Shown: piece after piece, positions 13,372 to 27,395 of the stretch
Position numbering within the stretch: the stretch's first letter is position 1
Layout: every line of letters starts with the position of its first letter
NCBI GenBank assembly: GCA_030704615.1
Contig: CM060731.1
Span: 75,454,001-75,518,000 of the forward strand
Reading direction: 5' to 3'
Length of the DNA stretch: 64,000 nt
Source of the DNA: Takakia lepidozioides
Taxonomy: Eukaryota; Plantae; Bryophyta
Notes under the pieces: generated by a model
The model's database searches: none
The model's input: the letters and a program-made list of their open reading frames with translations, nothing else
What the model was told of the DNA's origin: nothing
Position numbers and translations under genes: made by a program

Positions 13372-14385
13372 ATGGCAGATGTGGACCCGTGTAAGGTGTC
13401 AACAAAAGAGTTGAGATACTGGCTTCGAGAGAATGAGAAACCCGTCTTCTGCGTGCATCCAAAGGCTGCAAACCAGTTTGTAAATATGGGCAAACTCGCC
13501 ACTATGATCCTTCGCAAAGGTGGTAAATGCAAGGTGTGGCTTACTTTTCACCCCTGTTTAGTACCCTTAGTTACAATAAAGCATTTGCTCTATCCAACAC
13601 CGGCAAACACTACAAAATGTTTGACATCAAGTTTCTAATATTGTACAGAATAATAGATTTATGATTGGCCACCATTCTCTGACTGTAGAAGCAGAAGGAC
13701 TTCAATTTAGTTTGAAGCCGATGTGGGGGGGGTGTGGAGGCCGCCTTTAAAATGCTCAACTGTTGATAAATCTTGCGAACAGGTCTGAGAAGTAGAAGGG
13801 AAACGTGACCAGTCTGGGCAGGAGGTCCATGAACCGTTGACATCTAGAAACATCCATTACCATGGACACTGATTTGTGTCAGAGCGCAGGATTTGTCTCT
13901 TATCTGAAGTCTGGGAAAAGTGCATAAAAGCATGTGACTAGCATGACAGTAGGGGTTCTAGATGTTCGAAGGGCTTGAGGGATAGTCACTTAAAAGATGC
14001 TCACAACCTGTTTCTTTCTTAACAGTTTGAGGTGGCCAGTGGTTGGGATGCATTTGTGACGAGCCATGAGGGTATGAACAAACCCACTCTCTCCTCACTG
14101 GAACGGCGTAAATGCACCCGCACATTGAAAAGACTCTATAACAAGTATATGATGGAGTTCATCCAGGAAACGCTAAAAGAGATGGGCCTGGAGAATGATG
14201 GTAACTTGGCCATGGCTGAAATCTCTGATGGCGGAGGCAATGACGACGATGAGGGCGATGACAACGGGCATTGTGATGCAAATAGCGGTGCCAGTGGAGG
14301 TGGTCACGGGGGTGTTTACTTAGGGCCTAGCAACCTAAATGGGAACATCTCGCACCAAAGCCTTGGGCCCCTTGGTTCCCTTTGA
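13372..14385 (+). CDS. Divergent ARID/BRIGHT-like DNA-binding domain with an acidic Gly-rich tail
   Basis: Exons 13372-13533 and 14026-14385 (phase 0, GT-AG) give ELRYWLRE..P..VNMGKLATMILRKGG..FEVASGW..LKRLYNKYMMEF. This parallels the ARID pattern (VDL..L...V...GG....W....L+..Y.KYL..F). Confidence 0.6.
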
Positions 14386-16104
14386 AGAGAATACTACCTG
14401 AACAATTTTGGAGCCTCACAGTGGCTATGCTGTGGTGCTAAGTCACTGTCGCTTACAGTTAAACAAGCTAGGAAGTTGAGGTTGCACTAACAGCTTCTGT
14501 GTCTGCCCTGATGCCACTAAGTGACTCAGTGTTGGCCGTTAGGTGAGGCCACAGTAGAGAGTATTAAGTAACATGCTGCTTGGAAATGCAAGTAAGCAAC
14601 AGTCCTAAGTCAAGACATTTCTAGTTAGGTAGACCAAACCCTTCAGTGTAGGTGCGGGAGAGATGCTTGTATATATGCTCTATTTCAACTCAGCAAAACC
14701 TGAGACTGGTAACTAAGGATCATGACATGGAATTGGGGGCCAATGAAATGTGTGTTTCCTAGGGTAGTTTCAGTTTGCTGTTGTGCTCTGGTTCTTATAT
14801 TCTCTGTAGTTCTCTCCTTCCCCCATTCTGAGCATCCCCTTCTCTATTTTCACAGATCAGCCCTCCCTCAGGACATCCCTCTCAGCAATGTATTGGGATA
14901 AGGTATAGCATGTTGATATGCAGGTTATCAAGCACATTACAAGAATGTCCACTCTCCGCAAAGCGGCAACTTTGGCCCACTCGGTACTAGGATTTGGCAG
15001 CATCCATGAATTGATGTTATAGACAAGGAAAGCGCCTAGCAAGTGACCAGATTACTAGCAGTCATTGTGTAATTAGTTCTATATTATGTACTGGATGAAG
15101 CTCAGCAGAAGTACGGTTGCAAACAGTGGCACATCATCACTAAGATGGTTTTGATGGTTTCTGAGTGGATCTGCGGTGGTGAAGTAGGTGAAGGTAACTT
15201 GAGGGGCGACTGACCTGTGGGCATGGCAAGTGGAGCTAGAAAGCAACCATGTCTTTGGGCTTTGCCAAAACTGCAATCACCCTTGCCCCACCAGCTTGTC
15301 CACAACCCCATATTTTCTCTCTACTGTAGGAAGTAAGAACCCATTTGGAAACTGAGGTGGTCTGGCATGACCATGGATCTTGAGCTAAACCTCTACAGGA
15401 TGTTCATCTAGGTGCTCCTAGCAACCACAGTCGTTGAGTGACAAACACATGGTGAGCATGGGCAGCTTATCTTTGGGTTTCCCAGTGCAATGCAACTCTC
15501 GAACAGGTGATAAGATGAAAAGGTGTAGCCCACGCCATGCTTTTCCCCCAATCCGTTCGAGATCCTCCCATGTGGACTCATTTCCAAGGAGTGCGCTCTA
15601 CCGGATGCCTCTTCTCTCCAATCTTCATCTTTGAATTCTTGGGTGCCGACAAGGAACCAGATAGCTGCTCCCTCTTCTCGCTCGAAGTATTCAGGGAGTC
15701 TTTGAAGATTTGATTGGTTGCATCCTGCTGCTCCTGGTAGGCCATCTCACGAGACTTTTCTTTCTTGGGCGCCATTCCAATATTTCTGTACAGATTTGCG
15801 AGAAATTCAGTTAGCTCTCTCGCCCTCCCCCTGTCCTGCTGCGCGTCTCGTTTCCGGACTTTTTCTTCACCAATTGTTTTCTTCCTTTAACTACTTTTCG
15901 CCGCCTTCTGGTTGGTGGATCCAGGGTGCTGCGACCTCTACCAGGGAGAAGCCTGATCCCTACAGAGAATTCCACGAGTTTGAAAATTAGAGAGCGTTTA
16001 CTGAGAGGCAACAATGTTTCTTAGTTCCCTCTCAACTTCATATTGCTTTCCCCCTCTCGATAGCGAATGTTCGTGGAACGGTCAATGAGTGCGTCTATCT
16101 CCTA

Positions 16105-16128
16105 CTCTCTCTCTCTCTCTCTCTCTCT
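16105..16128. repeat. (CT)n microsatellite
   Basis: Run of about 12 CT units. Confidence 0.85.
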
Positions 16129-17528
16129 AGCTGAATGTAGGGCTTGTCAAAGACATCAAGCAAAGAAAACGTTCCAGTTTTACAAGTACATTAAGTATAC
16201 GGGGAACTTGCAGTCACAGAAGGAAATGTCCACACAACGCCCAACGGTCCCGCTGCGAATGAGAAGATCCAGGAGCTGCAGGAGAAGGATGACGAAGGCG
16301 TTCCAGTGGATAACGATGCAGACTGTTCCATAGAAATGTAGGGCCCTAGAAGCGAATATAGAAGAGGACACAGAAGCAGGAGGAAAGAGATTCGCTATCA
16401 AAGTAAGCGGGACCGTTAAGAAGAAGAAAGACCTGTAGGACCGTACAAGAAACAGAAAAAGTAGGAGAAGACTGAGATTCTGAAGAAGGAAAAAAAGAGC
16501 TTCAGAAACTCAGAAAACAGATGGGCGAGAGAAAGATTCCAGGAAGAAGCAACCCACCCGAGAAGCATAATCACCAGGCCTTCGAAGACGGCGAGCAGCG
16601 AACGGTCGCGGCCAGCTGAAATCGTTGGTCCACGGAGCGCCATCGCTGGCGCCGCGTGGCGGGACCAACCGACGGCGCTCCGTCCGGCGGTTACAACCGC
16701 CGCACGTCAAATGCAAGGACCGTCTGGTAACGGACGGTTAGAGGCTCACTCTACCTACTTTGTGGGGCCCCAGGGAGGGAGCTAAATGGAAGACTAGGGA
16801 AGAAGAAAGAGAAGAAGAAGAAGACCCGCATGTGTTGCATCTTCCGACTTTCGATCATCAGAACTGCTTTGGAGTATGCACTGTATCTGTCTCAGATATT
16901 TCCGAGAGACACAAATCCTGGAGAGATGTGAAGATAAGCATGGAAATTCAGAGAACTCTTGCAACTTCTAATAATTAGCTTGAGATTGTGAGGATGATAC
17001 CCCTTGAAAACTGAAGCAACCGGGTTTCAGGTGCGACCAGTGCAAAAAGAGATGTCTTCCGCAACAGGACTGAACCATGTTTCTTAATGCTGGGGGAACA
17101 AGTTTCAGACCCTTTCTCGCTCAAACCTTGACGAGTTGATATGGCCAGACTCCCAGATATATCTGCTGCAACATCATGTAGAATCCACAAGCTATCTTCC
17201 GCACTATCACAAAGTCTACGAGTTTCATGAAGAGAAATCTTCATGGTTTGAAACCTTTTTTTATTGACAATCTGTCTCAATCTATGCTCCAATCTGGACA
17301 GTAATGCTTACTTGTGCCGACAAGGCAGTGGAGTCTAGTGCCCATGAATTAGAATGAATTTTCATGTAGGGAGCAAAAGTATTTGGGTGATGGATACCAT
17401 GCAGAACATCACTCATTGCTGCAACCCTCTACATCGCAAGCTGTAAAAAATGATTCTATGAATGAATACAATTCCTGGATAACTAGCCCCAGACTAGAGC
17501 TTAGATGCGATAGGCACGCGTGCACTCT

Positions 17529-20500
17529 TCATGAACTGACAGGGTATATAAACGGAGGTAGTGCCTCTCCGGATAGAAAAGTTTTGAAGAGGGTGAGGGC
17601 GAGTGCTGGTTGATCAGCTGGGACCAAATGGCCAGCAGCTCTCACTGACACAAAGCTGAAGTTATCGCCATAAACTTCTGCAAACCCACCGACCTGTATT
17701 TTGGGCCACAGAAAAAGTGAACGCCTGTCAGAAATATTTTCATTTTCCTTTCGATATGAGCTTACTGTGAAATTTTAAACCGAGACAGGGACTCCTGGAC
17801 TGAGACAAGAGCTCCTTGTTCCTTTTCGGAGCTTGGTTATCATCCTTGGTCAATTGTGCTCCAGGAAAACTGTCAGTTATTGTCACTCGGTATGTGAGTA
17901 TAATGGTGATTGGCAAAATTTACAGTCATTCACTACGAGTGAGTTACGTCACAGATATTTCGTGCGGGAAACTCAGACTTGTGATTCAATAAGTTTTACC
18001 TGTTCTCCTTCCTCCTTCACTTCTGCCTTTCCGCCGTGTTGCCATGGATACCAGGCCTTCACAATAGGAAGGTGCAGCTCTTGTATCCAATCCCGTGTAC
18101 CAGTTGTTGGAACTCTTCCATCAAAATCTCCACTGTAAGATGTCATTCCTCTCCTTGCTTTAGATGATTATTTCAGCCCACCAACAATTTACTTCATCTC
18201 TTCTCTAGTTATGGGTCTTGATTCATCGGTAAAATTTTGTCTATTAACGAAATGACTCTAAATTGCAGTCTCCCGTCACTCTCTCGCAGCCATCAACACA
18301 ATCTTCGACCGCACACTATAAAGTCTGAAAGCAGAACATTTATTAAATGATTCCCCTTTCATTGTTATGCAGCTAGTCCGTATTCAAATATGAATTTGTA
18401 TTACCTGCCTTCCAAACAAACTCAGATCTCTCCCTCTTCCACCCAAAACAGGCAGGCAGGTTAAGTGGTAGATGGATGATTTATAAGTACCTGTAAATCC
18501 AAATCCTGAGACCTGTCTTAACAAGCTCCCGGTAGATTGGGACCATTGAAGTGAGGATGTCCGATGTGCTGTAATTGTCGAACACAGGATTGCTACAGTG
18601 GGTCACACAGGTTACACATACTTAGCATTATCGCCATTTTTGAATCACACAAGCCTCAATCTCCATGGCAAAGTTGTTAGGGAGGGCTAAAGACTTTCAG
18701 GCATCAAGAAAGGTGACTAGAGAAAGTTGATATGGTAGCCCTAGTCTGCAGCAAGCCAGCAGAAATCATCAAGAAAGTCAAAAAAGGTATCAGATTACAA
18801 CCAACACAGAAATCCTTTAATTTCTGGATTCTACATAAACCTCTTCAGTGGAGGTCTCATTGCAAAGATTATCAGTTGTCACAGTTTACAACATGTCACA
18901 GCATTACATCTCTGTTTTTACAGAAGTGATGGGTTGTTCTGAACCTGCACTCGGACCATTCGATGTCGGCCCGGACATGCAGGGCAGCTTTCACTTCTGG
19001 CTTATTCAAGTATGGAGTAACATTGTCAGCGCATGCGTCTATCGCTGCTGATGCTGGAAATTGCCGAATTTTCTGTCGAACGAGAGAAATAAAAAAATGG
19101 ATTCAGTATAGCTCGTTGGACTCATCTAGTTTACTGCATGCCAGAAATTTGAAATTGTAAGAACTCAGATCTGTCAACAAAAGCAGAAGAAGCTAGAATT
19201 TCCAGTTTTAGGGTCCACCTGGCATTACGACAAAAAACAATCCACATACCTGAAAGTATCTACCTTTTGAAAAGATGGTTTGGGACTCACAGCTTTCATC
19301 GATGTCCGGACTGAGCTGTTGATTGGTAGATTGCAAGAGGGGGTATAAACATTGTAGACATTCACACCGGAGAGGTCTACATTGAGAGCAGTGGCCGCCT
19401 CCTTGCAAAGGGGGTTGGTATCTGGGTTGTCAATAGGGAACTCATGAGCAAAATCACAGTTCTTAATCAAACCTTTGTAAGTCTCATCTGAGATGAAAGA
19501 GTGTGAGAGGAACCAATCAACCGATCCCTTGTTGTCCCAGTATGCATCAGTCCAGGCATTTCCAACCTGTCAAAATACGGAACAAGTGGTTATTGAGCTT
19601 TGTTCAACAAGCTGAATGCATACGATGTAATGTTCAACAGGGTCCGGCGGTAACGAAGCACCAGCCAGGAAATATAGGGCTGTTGAGGCTTTCATGACCA
19701 GCTAGCGCACAATAAGGTCCAAGACAACCTATCTTTGGCCCAGAGTTTAAGAGACTTCTCATTTTCGACTTTGTAGTTCCACAATAACTCTCATTCTGTA
19801 TCATGAGATGGGATGCCAGGAACTAGTGGTTGATTTGAAATCCCAGGCACAAAATAGGTTGGAATTGCAGTGATAACAACCCTTCCATTTCCAGGCTGCT
19901 GTATGACATGCATGAAGAGAGAGAGGACTCCGGCCGTGGACAGCATAACTAAGAGCCACTTCATCTTGCAGGGCTACTGCCCCCTGTCAGGGGGTGGGCT
20001 CTACCAGGGAAGGGGAGGGAGGGGGGGGATGAATGGAAAGTGATCAAGTGTACCGCAAAACCCTTCAGATTGAGGTTATAGACCCCCTCCTTGTTGTGAC
20101 GCACCACTTCCTGCACCAGGGTTGGCACGTAGTGCCCTGCAGCCAATAACAGCATCACAAAGTCTATCAGAGAATTTCAAGACCTACAAGGGAAGTGCTT
20201 TCTGAAGATAACAGGTCCTAACAGATGGAGTCATAGAGCATACAGAATTTGCAAAATTCCTCAGATGACAATGGTGCTGCACTGGAATTTCTCAAAGCCC
20301 AGGACAAGTAACTATCAGACCTCCGACGGAGATAAAAACAGTGAAAGCCAACTCATGACAGGTGGGCCAATTGGCCTGAGGAGCAGTGACAGGCCTAATT
20401 GCATTCAAAGTACAGGGAAGGGGTTCTCAGAGCACGTAACATACCCCCATAGCTTTCACCCACGATGTACAAGTCATTTTTCGAGTATTCTGGATACCCC

Positions 20501-22294
20501 TTGAACCAGTTCACTAGAAAAGTATAGGCATCTGCCGCTGCACACGTCCTTAAAATAGGTCAATGGGCCGCACATGTTAGAAGCTAAACAGAGCAAAGGC
20601 TGCATTACGTCAAACCCAACAACCATCTCGTCAGATTTCATTCAATTAGAGTGAAATCGATGGAAGCTTAAGACCTCTATATTACATCAAGATATCTTAG
20701 CTCGAAACCCTAGAGTCCAGAAGTGGTAACCAATTGACTGTGCGGTGCTGATATCGACCATCGTTCAACGGGGTGTTTTGCTGTGCGTTGTAAGCTAGTG
20801 GTAAAGCTCACCAGATCGCTTAAGGTTAATTGGATAAAACAGATTTGCATCACGTTTTCAAATGGAGGGAAAATCTGCGTTGGCAGTTCTTGGCGTCGGT
20901 ATCAGATCAGAATGCTTGATAGGATATCTGCATGATGGTCCAAATGAGAGTAAAGTTCACAAACCCGTAGATCCATCAGTAAACACACTGTTGTTGGAAA
21001 AAGCATCCGAGTAGGAGAATCCGACTTCGACGGGGGACTCCACGAAGATCATGTTAGCCTCTGCTCATGCACATGCAACGAAAGATGACCTTAGAATCTG
21101 TTCCGCTCACAACTGACTCAAATTGAGTTCAATTTGCGAACAATATCACTCGCTGTCAACTGACCTTACTCAGAGTTAATTAGACAAACTTGTAGGACTG
21201 CAGAGGGACGAGGAATATCCAACTGCAAAAAGCTCGAGTGAAGTTACAATTCAAATACAGCCAATGGTGCTCAAGCATGTGCTGCGAACACCTTTCTTTG
21301 AAGCCAAGTACAGGCTGGCGAACACGAGCCAGGGAGATTGGACAAAGTCATTGGCGGCGTAGTCGTTCATTCACCTGGAACGACCACAATGGTGAAGGAA
21401 AGAGGTGCAACTGACAAGTAAACACGTTCGATTGCATCTCAAAGCTCCAGCAGAGGGCTCTTTGGGACTTCTGGAAGGGACGTGCGAGATACTGCAGCTC
21501 CCTAAAAATACGCAATCATGTGATCGTCTCCTTGCAGTAGCACGAGGATAGATATATTTCTCTCTCTCAGACTCTCCACTGCACGTAATAGACTTTCTTC
21601 TACTCGTTTCTTTATGAAATTGCGGGCAAGCTTAGGGCTCAGAGCAACTGTAATACCTTTGTTCCAGGAAAATTTGTTGAGCCCAAGATCTCCAGAAATG
21701 TTGGGATAGAAAGGGCCCAGCTCAGAGAGAAATCCATCTCCCACTGATGAGCATCCTGGTCCTGCAACTCAAACCGTTACCCCGGCACTGTAGATATTCA
21801 TTACTCACATAGGCGCGTGAAAGGAATGAATTAAATCTCCGAGAAATCTCCCCGTCTCCAGAACTCCCTCTTCCTCTACATCACTGACAATTATGCATCT
21901 ACTGCAAATTACCAACGACTTGCTACATCCAACTGCAACTGTGTCAATGTACTCATTGCCTATGGAAAAGAAACTCGGAAGAGTCGGAAGAGAAAGGAGG
22001 GGCTGATAGTGAAGACTATGATAAATCCACAACTCCCGACGAGTAAAGAGGCCCACCTCCGTTAAACCAGACAGCCACCGGGAGAGATGAAGCATGTTCA
22101 TGGTCGGCTTCTACAAACCAGTAGAAGATATGATTGCCAAGCGCTTCATTCACGTTGATGTAGCCTGCATACTGTTTGAAATTAACACTTGGCTGCCCCG
22201 GTAACCCCACTACCAAATGCTCAGGAATAGCACCGTGCACGATTGCTGCGAGCATGGAGACAAGTACCACCAGGGCCCACAACCCCCTCATCAT
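17529..22294 (-). CDS. Serine carboxypeptidase-like protein (peptidase S10), secreted
   Basis: About 10 exons (first 22057-22294, last 17529-17693). Signal peptide; LPGQP..FKQYAGY; WFNGGPGCSS; [13 protein letters not shown]; catalytic GESYGGHY; GDFDGRVP (Asp); AGHLVP (His). Confidence 0.92.
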
Positions 22295-23385
22295 CCCGCC
22301 TTTCTTGTTTTAGACGCTATCCCCGCACCTCAGCAAAACCTACACAAATGAAGAAGAGGGAACGGGTGATTGATAGTGAACTGCCTCCGATCGACTGTAT
22401 AGCAGTAGGTATGCTTCCGGCCCTCTCCACACCTGCAGTGCCCAGAACATAAGTGTGGATCCCTCTCTCTCTCTACGCACTAGACAAATGCGGTGGGACC
22501 AGGGCGTTCACTCAACAACCGACCGCCGGTATCCAGCCTCAGATCCACTTATCACCTCACCCTCTTTCTTCTTTCTTCCTTCCAAGTTCTTCCCTCCCTC
22601 ACACCCTGTCTGCAGCACGGCGAGAGGGAGAGTCAATGAGGACTCGCAATAAGTGTCGAAGGTGTAATGAGATGGCGGCCCGATGTGGCCTTGCTTCTGA
22701 ACACGTGGTACGTACCTTTGGAGATCCAGATTCAGAGCTCTCCTCCCGAGACAGCAACAACAACCGTCGCCACCACCATCATACTTACGACCATTCAATC
22801 ATCGCATCCCTTTTATACCCCCTCTCTCTCTCCCCCCCAGACTCGAGTCCCGTCCTCATCGCCGGCCACCTTTTTCCCTACAAATCCGCCCACACATCAT
22901 GCTCGCATTTCTTTGTCTTCTTTGCCGGTTGAATTCCTCTCCTGCCCGTCCTTGCAACATTGCATTACATGTTGTGATATCCGGATCAGGTCAGCTGTTC
23001 AATTACTTTAGATGGCTGCCCAGAATCATGTGGGTGGCACAGTTTTGATTCTTTCGAGGCAAAGCTTGTAGAATGTGACTGGGGTATAGTTGACCAAACA
23101 GTAACCAGTAAACAGTAAGCAGTTGGTCCCTACTTGTAGGTGTCTAACCGTCATAAATGACTCAGTGCGGTTATTTTGGGATGTAATTTAATTAATGTAT
23201 TTTTTAATGTTTTATTTACATGTGTTGGTGAACAAATTTGGGTGGATTAATTTGAACTTACGGCAGATGATTCGATGAGGGCAATCTGAAAATCCGCCCT
23301 TCGAAAAGTGGGAACTGGTGTAGGGTTCAACCCTACACCATGAGGGGCAACACACAAATAGTGTTGCACTGCTTTTCAAAGATAC

Positions 23386-23696
23386 CGGTGTTGGGAGGTT
23401 CTTTGTTTCAGCGACCAACCCCTGGAGGTTATCAAGAAGGTTATATGGATATATACCCGCGGTTCTCAAAAAAACAAAGAACCGACAAAGGCTCAATAAC
23501 CGCTGATTATGTAGTTTTGAAATAACCAGCCTGAAAACCGTCAAAGATCCACCAAAGACCCACCGGTTATTTGATGAAAACCGCTGTTTCTTTGAGGTTC
23601 TTACAATTAACCGGAACCGGAGGTTCTTTGATAGTAGGATTTTGTAAAAACCAGAACTGGAGGTTATAAAGGAAATCAAATAACCGCCCAACACTG
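23386..23696. mobile_element. hAT-type MITE
   Basis: TIRs CGGTGTTGGGAGGTT / AACCGCCCAACACTG. 8-bp TSD AAAGATAC (23378-23385) vs AGAGATAC (23697-23704). Internal AACCG-rich motifs. Confidence 0.8.
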
Positions 23697-23914
23697 AGAG
23701 ATACCCTCCATGTCTGCAAATTACTGACTTCGTGATCTTCCGCTTTCTTAAATATAATAAATAATAAATAAATTAAGGGTCCCAAATCCTGGCAGGGCTG
23801 TTACTGAAGGTTGAAAAATGGGATAGCATTGGAGCAGCCAATGGGGAGGGAGGGCACGGACGTTGGAATGGGTGAAATGTGAGGCCACGTAGAGGCGAGC
23901 ATAGAAGTAGGAGG

Positions 23915-24385
23915 TCGGCCCTCCTTCTACTTCTAGAGCTTTCCAGCAGGATGAGGCGGTGGCCCTTTCTAGAAGGCTCACCACCCACCTTGCGAGACAA
24001 TATAATGCGGGTGAGGGCTACATTTTACAGGTTTCTTCCGCCTCCACCTCACTTTGGTGGGCTCTGCAAGCATGCCCCCATCAGAAAAAGTAAATTTGGA
24101 ACCTGAACCATCTTCAAATGAATAGAAATGACTAAACTTAGGTTAATTTTACATTAAAGGTGGGTTGGCAATACAATTTGGAATATATATGCCCATCTGT
24201 GAAGGCATCTTTGATGTTTATGATGGTGCTATATTCATCCCCAAAGAGGCAGATCCCACCAAAAAGACAGGGGAGAATCCTAATAAACCCCCCTTACCCT
24301 CCTTATATAGTTTTTGGAGGCGGGGGCGGAGCCTTCTAGACGGGGCCCACCGCCTGCTCCTGGAAAGCTCTAGAAGGGCGGGGCC
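23915..24385. repeat. Imperfect inverted repeat (~60-bp arms); foldback/MITE relic
   Basis: CTTCTAGAGCTTTCCAG..AGGCGGTGG..TCTAGAAGGCTC (~23930-23980) is mirrored by GAGCCTTCTAGA..CCACCGCCT..CTGGAAAGCTCTAGAAG (~24329-24376). Confidence 0.7.
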
Positions 24386-24519
24386 CACCGCCCACCCCAA
24401 GCCCTATGAAAAAAAAACACCCTCCAGGTGTCTACCTCCCATCGCCCCCTCCTACTACGCTGGCTCCTCCTGCGGGCCCACTGATTGGCTCTTCCCACAG
24501 TGTCGGGTTGCCTGACCTT

Positions 24520-25380
24520 CCCAAACTGGGCAAATGAGTTGGCGGTATACATATCGAAGACTTGTCTAATTTGGACAATGAAGCAAAAAAGAGCCAAATT
24601 CAGGGGCCAGTTTGTCAAATGTGGGCTTGACATCAACCATTTCCCCACTAAAATTTTCACGTTAAAAGCAGGTGTGGCAGATTCTGCCACTTTTTCAGCC
24701 TAATTCTCAGGCCGAATCGGCAACCCAGGGCAGAATCGGCAGGGATGGCCGAAAACGCACAGAGGATGGCAAACCTACCACCCAGGCCCGTGTCATCAGC
24801 CATGAACCCACCCCCCTTTCCCCCAAACTGGGCAAATGAGTTGGGGTACATACCGAAGACTTGTCTAATTTGGACAATGAAGCAAAAAAGAGCCAAATTC
24901 AGGGGCCAGTTTGTCAAATGTGGGCTTGACATCAACCATTTCCCCACTAAAATTTTCACGTTAAAAGCAGGTGTGGCGGATTCTGCCACTTTTTCAGCCT
25001 AATTCTCAGGCCGAATCGGCAACCCAGGGCAGAATCGGCAGGGATGGCCGATAACGCACAGAGGACGGCAAACCTACCACCCAAGGCCCGTGTCATCAGC
25101 CATGAACCCACCCCCTTTTCCCCCAAACTGGGCAAATGAGTTCGGGAACATATCGAAGACTTGTCTAATTTGGACAATGAAGCAAAAAAGAGCCAAATTC
25201 AGGGGCCAGTTTGTCAAATGTGGGCTTGACATCAACCATTTCCCCACTAAAATTTTCACGTTAAAAGCAGGTGTGGCAGATTCTGCCACTTTTTCAGCCT
25301 AATTCTCAGGCCGACTCGGCAACCCAGGGCAGAATCGGCAGGGATGGCCAGTAAGCATAGATGACGGCAAACCTACTAAC
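24520..25380. repeat. Tandem repeat, ~299-300-bp unit, ~3 near-identical copies
   Basis: CAGGGCAGAATCGGCAGGGATGGCC recurs at 24726, 25025 and 25325. The block GAAGACTTGTCTAATTTGGAC...TTTTTCAGCCTAATTCTCAGGCCGA occurs three times almost unchanged. Confidence 0.95.
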
Positions 25381-27395
25381 TCAGGCCAGTGTCATTATCT
25401 ATGAAACCCCCCCCACGCCCCCAGGCTCGCCCCGTTTATATCCTCTCCGGGGCTCTGAATCTGGGCAATCGATATGGGATACGAAAATCAATCATATTGT
25501 GCCACGTAGTGGCAATTATCCGCCACACCTTTTAACGCCAGTGAACGGGCCGCGTTGGCCGACTCTGCCCTGTGCGCGGCCATAGGGCTCGCCCGTCTAA
25601 GTACATCTGCCATTTAGATGGGACGAGGAAACATTGACCATATCTGAGGATAGGGTAGACAGGCCTACCCTACATAGCCTAGAAGAAAGTGGAAATTTGA
25701 CAGCTGGGTGGAGAGTTGGGCTCTCCACGTTTGTGCGATGAGATTGGTGGGCTCCTATGGCCAAGACCCATTCCAAAAGCAGAAACAAACAAATCCCTTG
25801 GAAAACGCAGGAGCCATGAGCAGGGTGTATGGGATGTTTGGCACGTCAGCACAGCCGCACATGTCTTGTAATTGGATGCCTACAAACAAGGCGGATATTC
25901 CAAAATACGGAAGGTGAGAATTGTTGATAATGCGAATTTTTGCGTTTAGCCCTGGGGTCCCGTCTGCAGACAGAGTCTGTTAGTTAGTCGTAAGACTTCG
26001 AGAAACTCTGACCGTAAGACGAAAGAGAGATTATAATGTTTTAATTGGATGAAAATCTATTTTCTGATGTTTGGTGGCTAAACTTTCTTTTGGATAGTTT
26101 TCCATTATCCGCTAGCAACTTTTTAGAGGATAAAGTACACCTACAGGAGCCCCTCCTACTCATCCAATTTGGATGAAATGTTAATGCCTATTCATCTGAA
26201 GGACCTGTTGTGGGTCAAAAGCATTAAATGCATTTTGTTCTTTTTAACTTTTTATTTGCGAGAGGGAAAGATTTCTTGGATGCGAAATCCCTACGGTCAG
26301 ATGTTTCCAAACGCATTCATATACTGACACCTGCCAGTTTTGTTCCTTTTTAATGCCGTTTCCATGGTGGTCAGATTGGGCCTTGGCCTAGAGAGGGTCA
26401 CCACCCCAAGAATTTGCCTGGGTGGCCCGTCGTATTGAGGGGCCACGTCCTCCACCCTCTGGCGGGCCCCACAAGCAGCCAGTGCGCGTTGGGATCCTTT
26501 CGGGGCCACGTATGCAGATTTGGGCAGCTGGGCAGCGACAGGATACTGCCCGGAACCCAAAATAGCTACGTTGAAATTCAGATGACATCAAGTCTTGATC
26601 TGTAATTAGCATGCTAGGGGTCGTTGGAGAGCTGGGATTTTGGGCTACATTTCTTCTTTCAACATCGGAGCAAGGCACAAAAACAGAAAAAAAAAAGTAT
26701 GACGCCTCCTAAAGGAAGTGTAAATTATGGTGTCTCTTGAGCCCCAAGGGCTACTTGCCTTCTTGTGGAAAGGCGGTCACCATTTTGAAGCCAATTGGTG
26801 GATTGTTAGCCGTAATAGTTAGCCCTCAGTTTCTGAGGTACTTGAAAATCCCCTTCACCTTTTTCCCCATACTCGGCCTCGTTAACTGGGTGTCTTGCTT
26901 CCATCATAGAGTTGATTATCTTAGGGTATCCGGTTTGAGGCATGCAATTCCTTTCTTTACATGGGGTCCTCCACAATCCCAACATGACACACCCAAATGT
27001 TGCTGGCCTAACTGACCTCACCGTGTGAACTTGAACTCCTCACGGTGAGAGCTCAAGGGGGGAGAGAGAGAAGAACTATCCCGTCCAGAAGGCCTTCCTA
27101 TTTGGATGGAGATGGTGAAAAATAATAAACCATATCTACAACCAAACTGTTATTTAAATGCCTTAGTGTACAGAGTAATAACTTCTTCAGATCACATGGT
27201 AAGCCTGCAGCTGGGAAATGTAAGGTCAAATTTCACATACCCCTCATAGAGCTGCATTATTGACCGGGTTCATTTGTTGATCACTGTATGTATTTAGCAG
27301 CAATTGGGTAAATGCTACACACAGAATGGTCCAGAGGCTGTCACCCAGAACAAACAGCTTTCATGCTCTGGGGACGGGAAAGGCTTAGGAACTGT

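Noticed and set aside
14850-17300. Short ORFs, possibly LINE ORF1 or 3' zinc-finger remnants
   Set aside because: Too degraded for me to support any motif-level call.
24485-25302. Three near-identical small ORFs on each strand (MKQKRAKFRGQF.../MAESATPAF...), or a CRISPR-like array
   Set aside because: By-products of the 300-bp tandem repeat; no unique spacers, no cas genes and no recognisable protein motif.
26297-27060. Possible LINE 3' remnant (LW..KERN-like peptide)
   Set aside because: One weak motif, with no tail or TSD identified.
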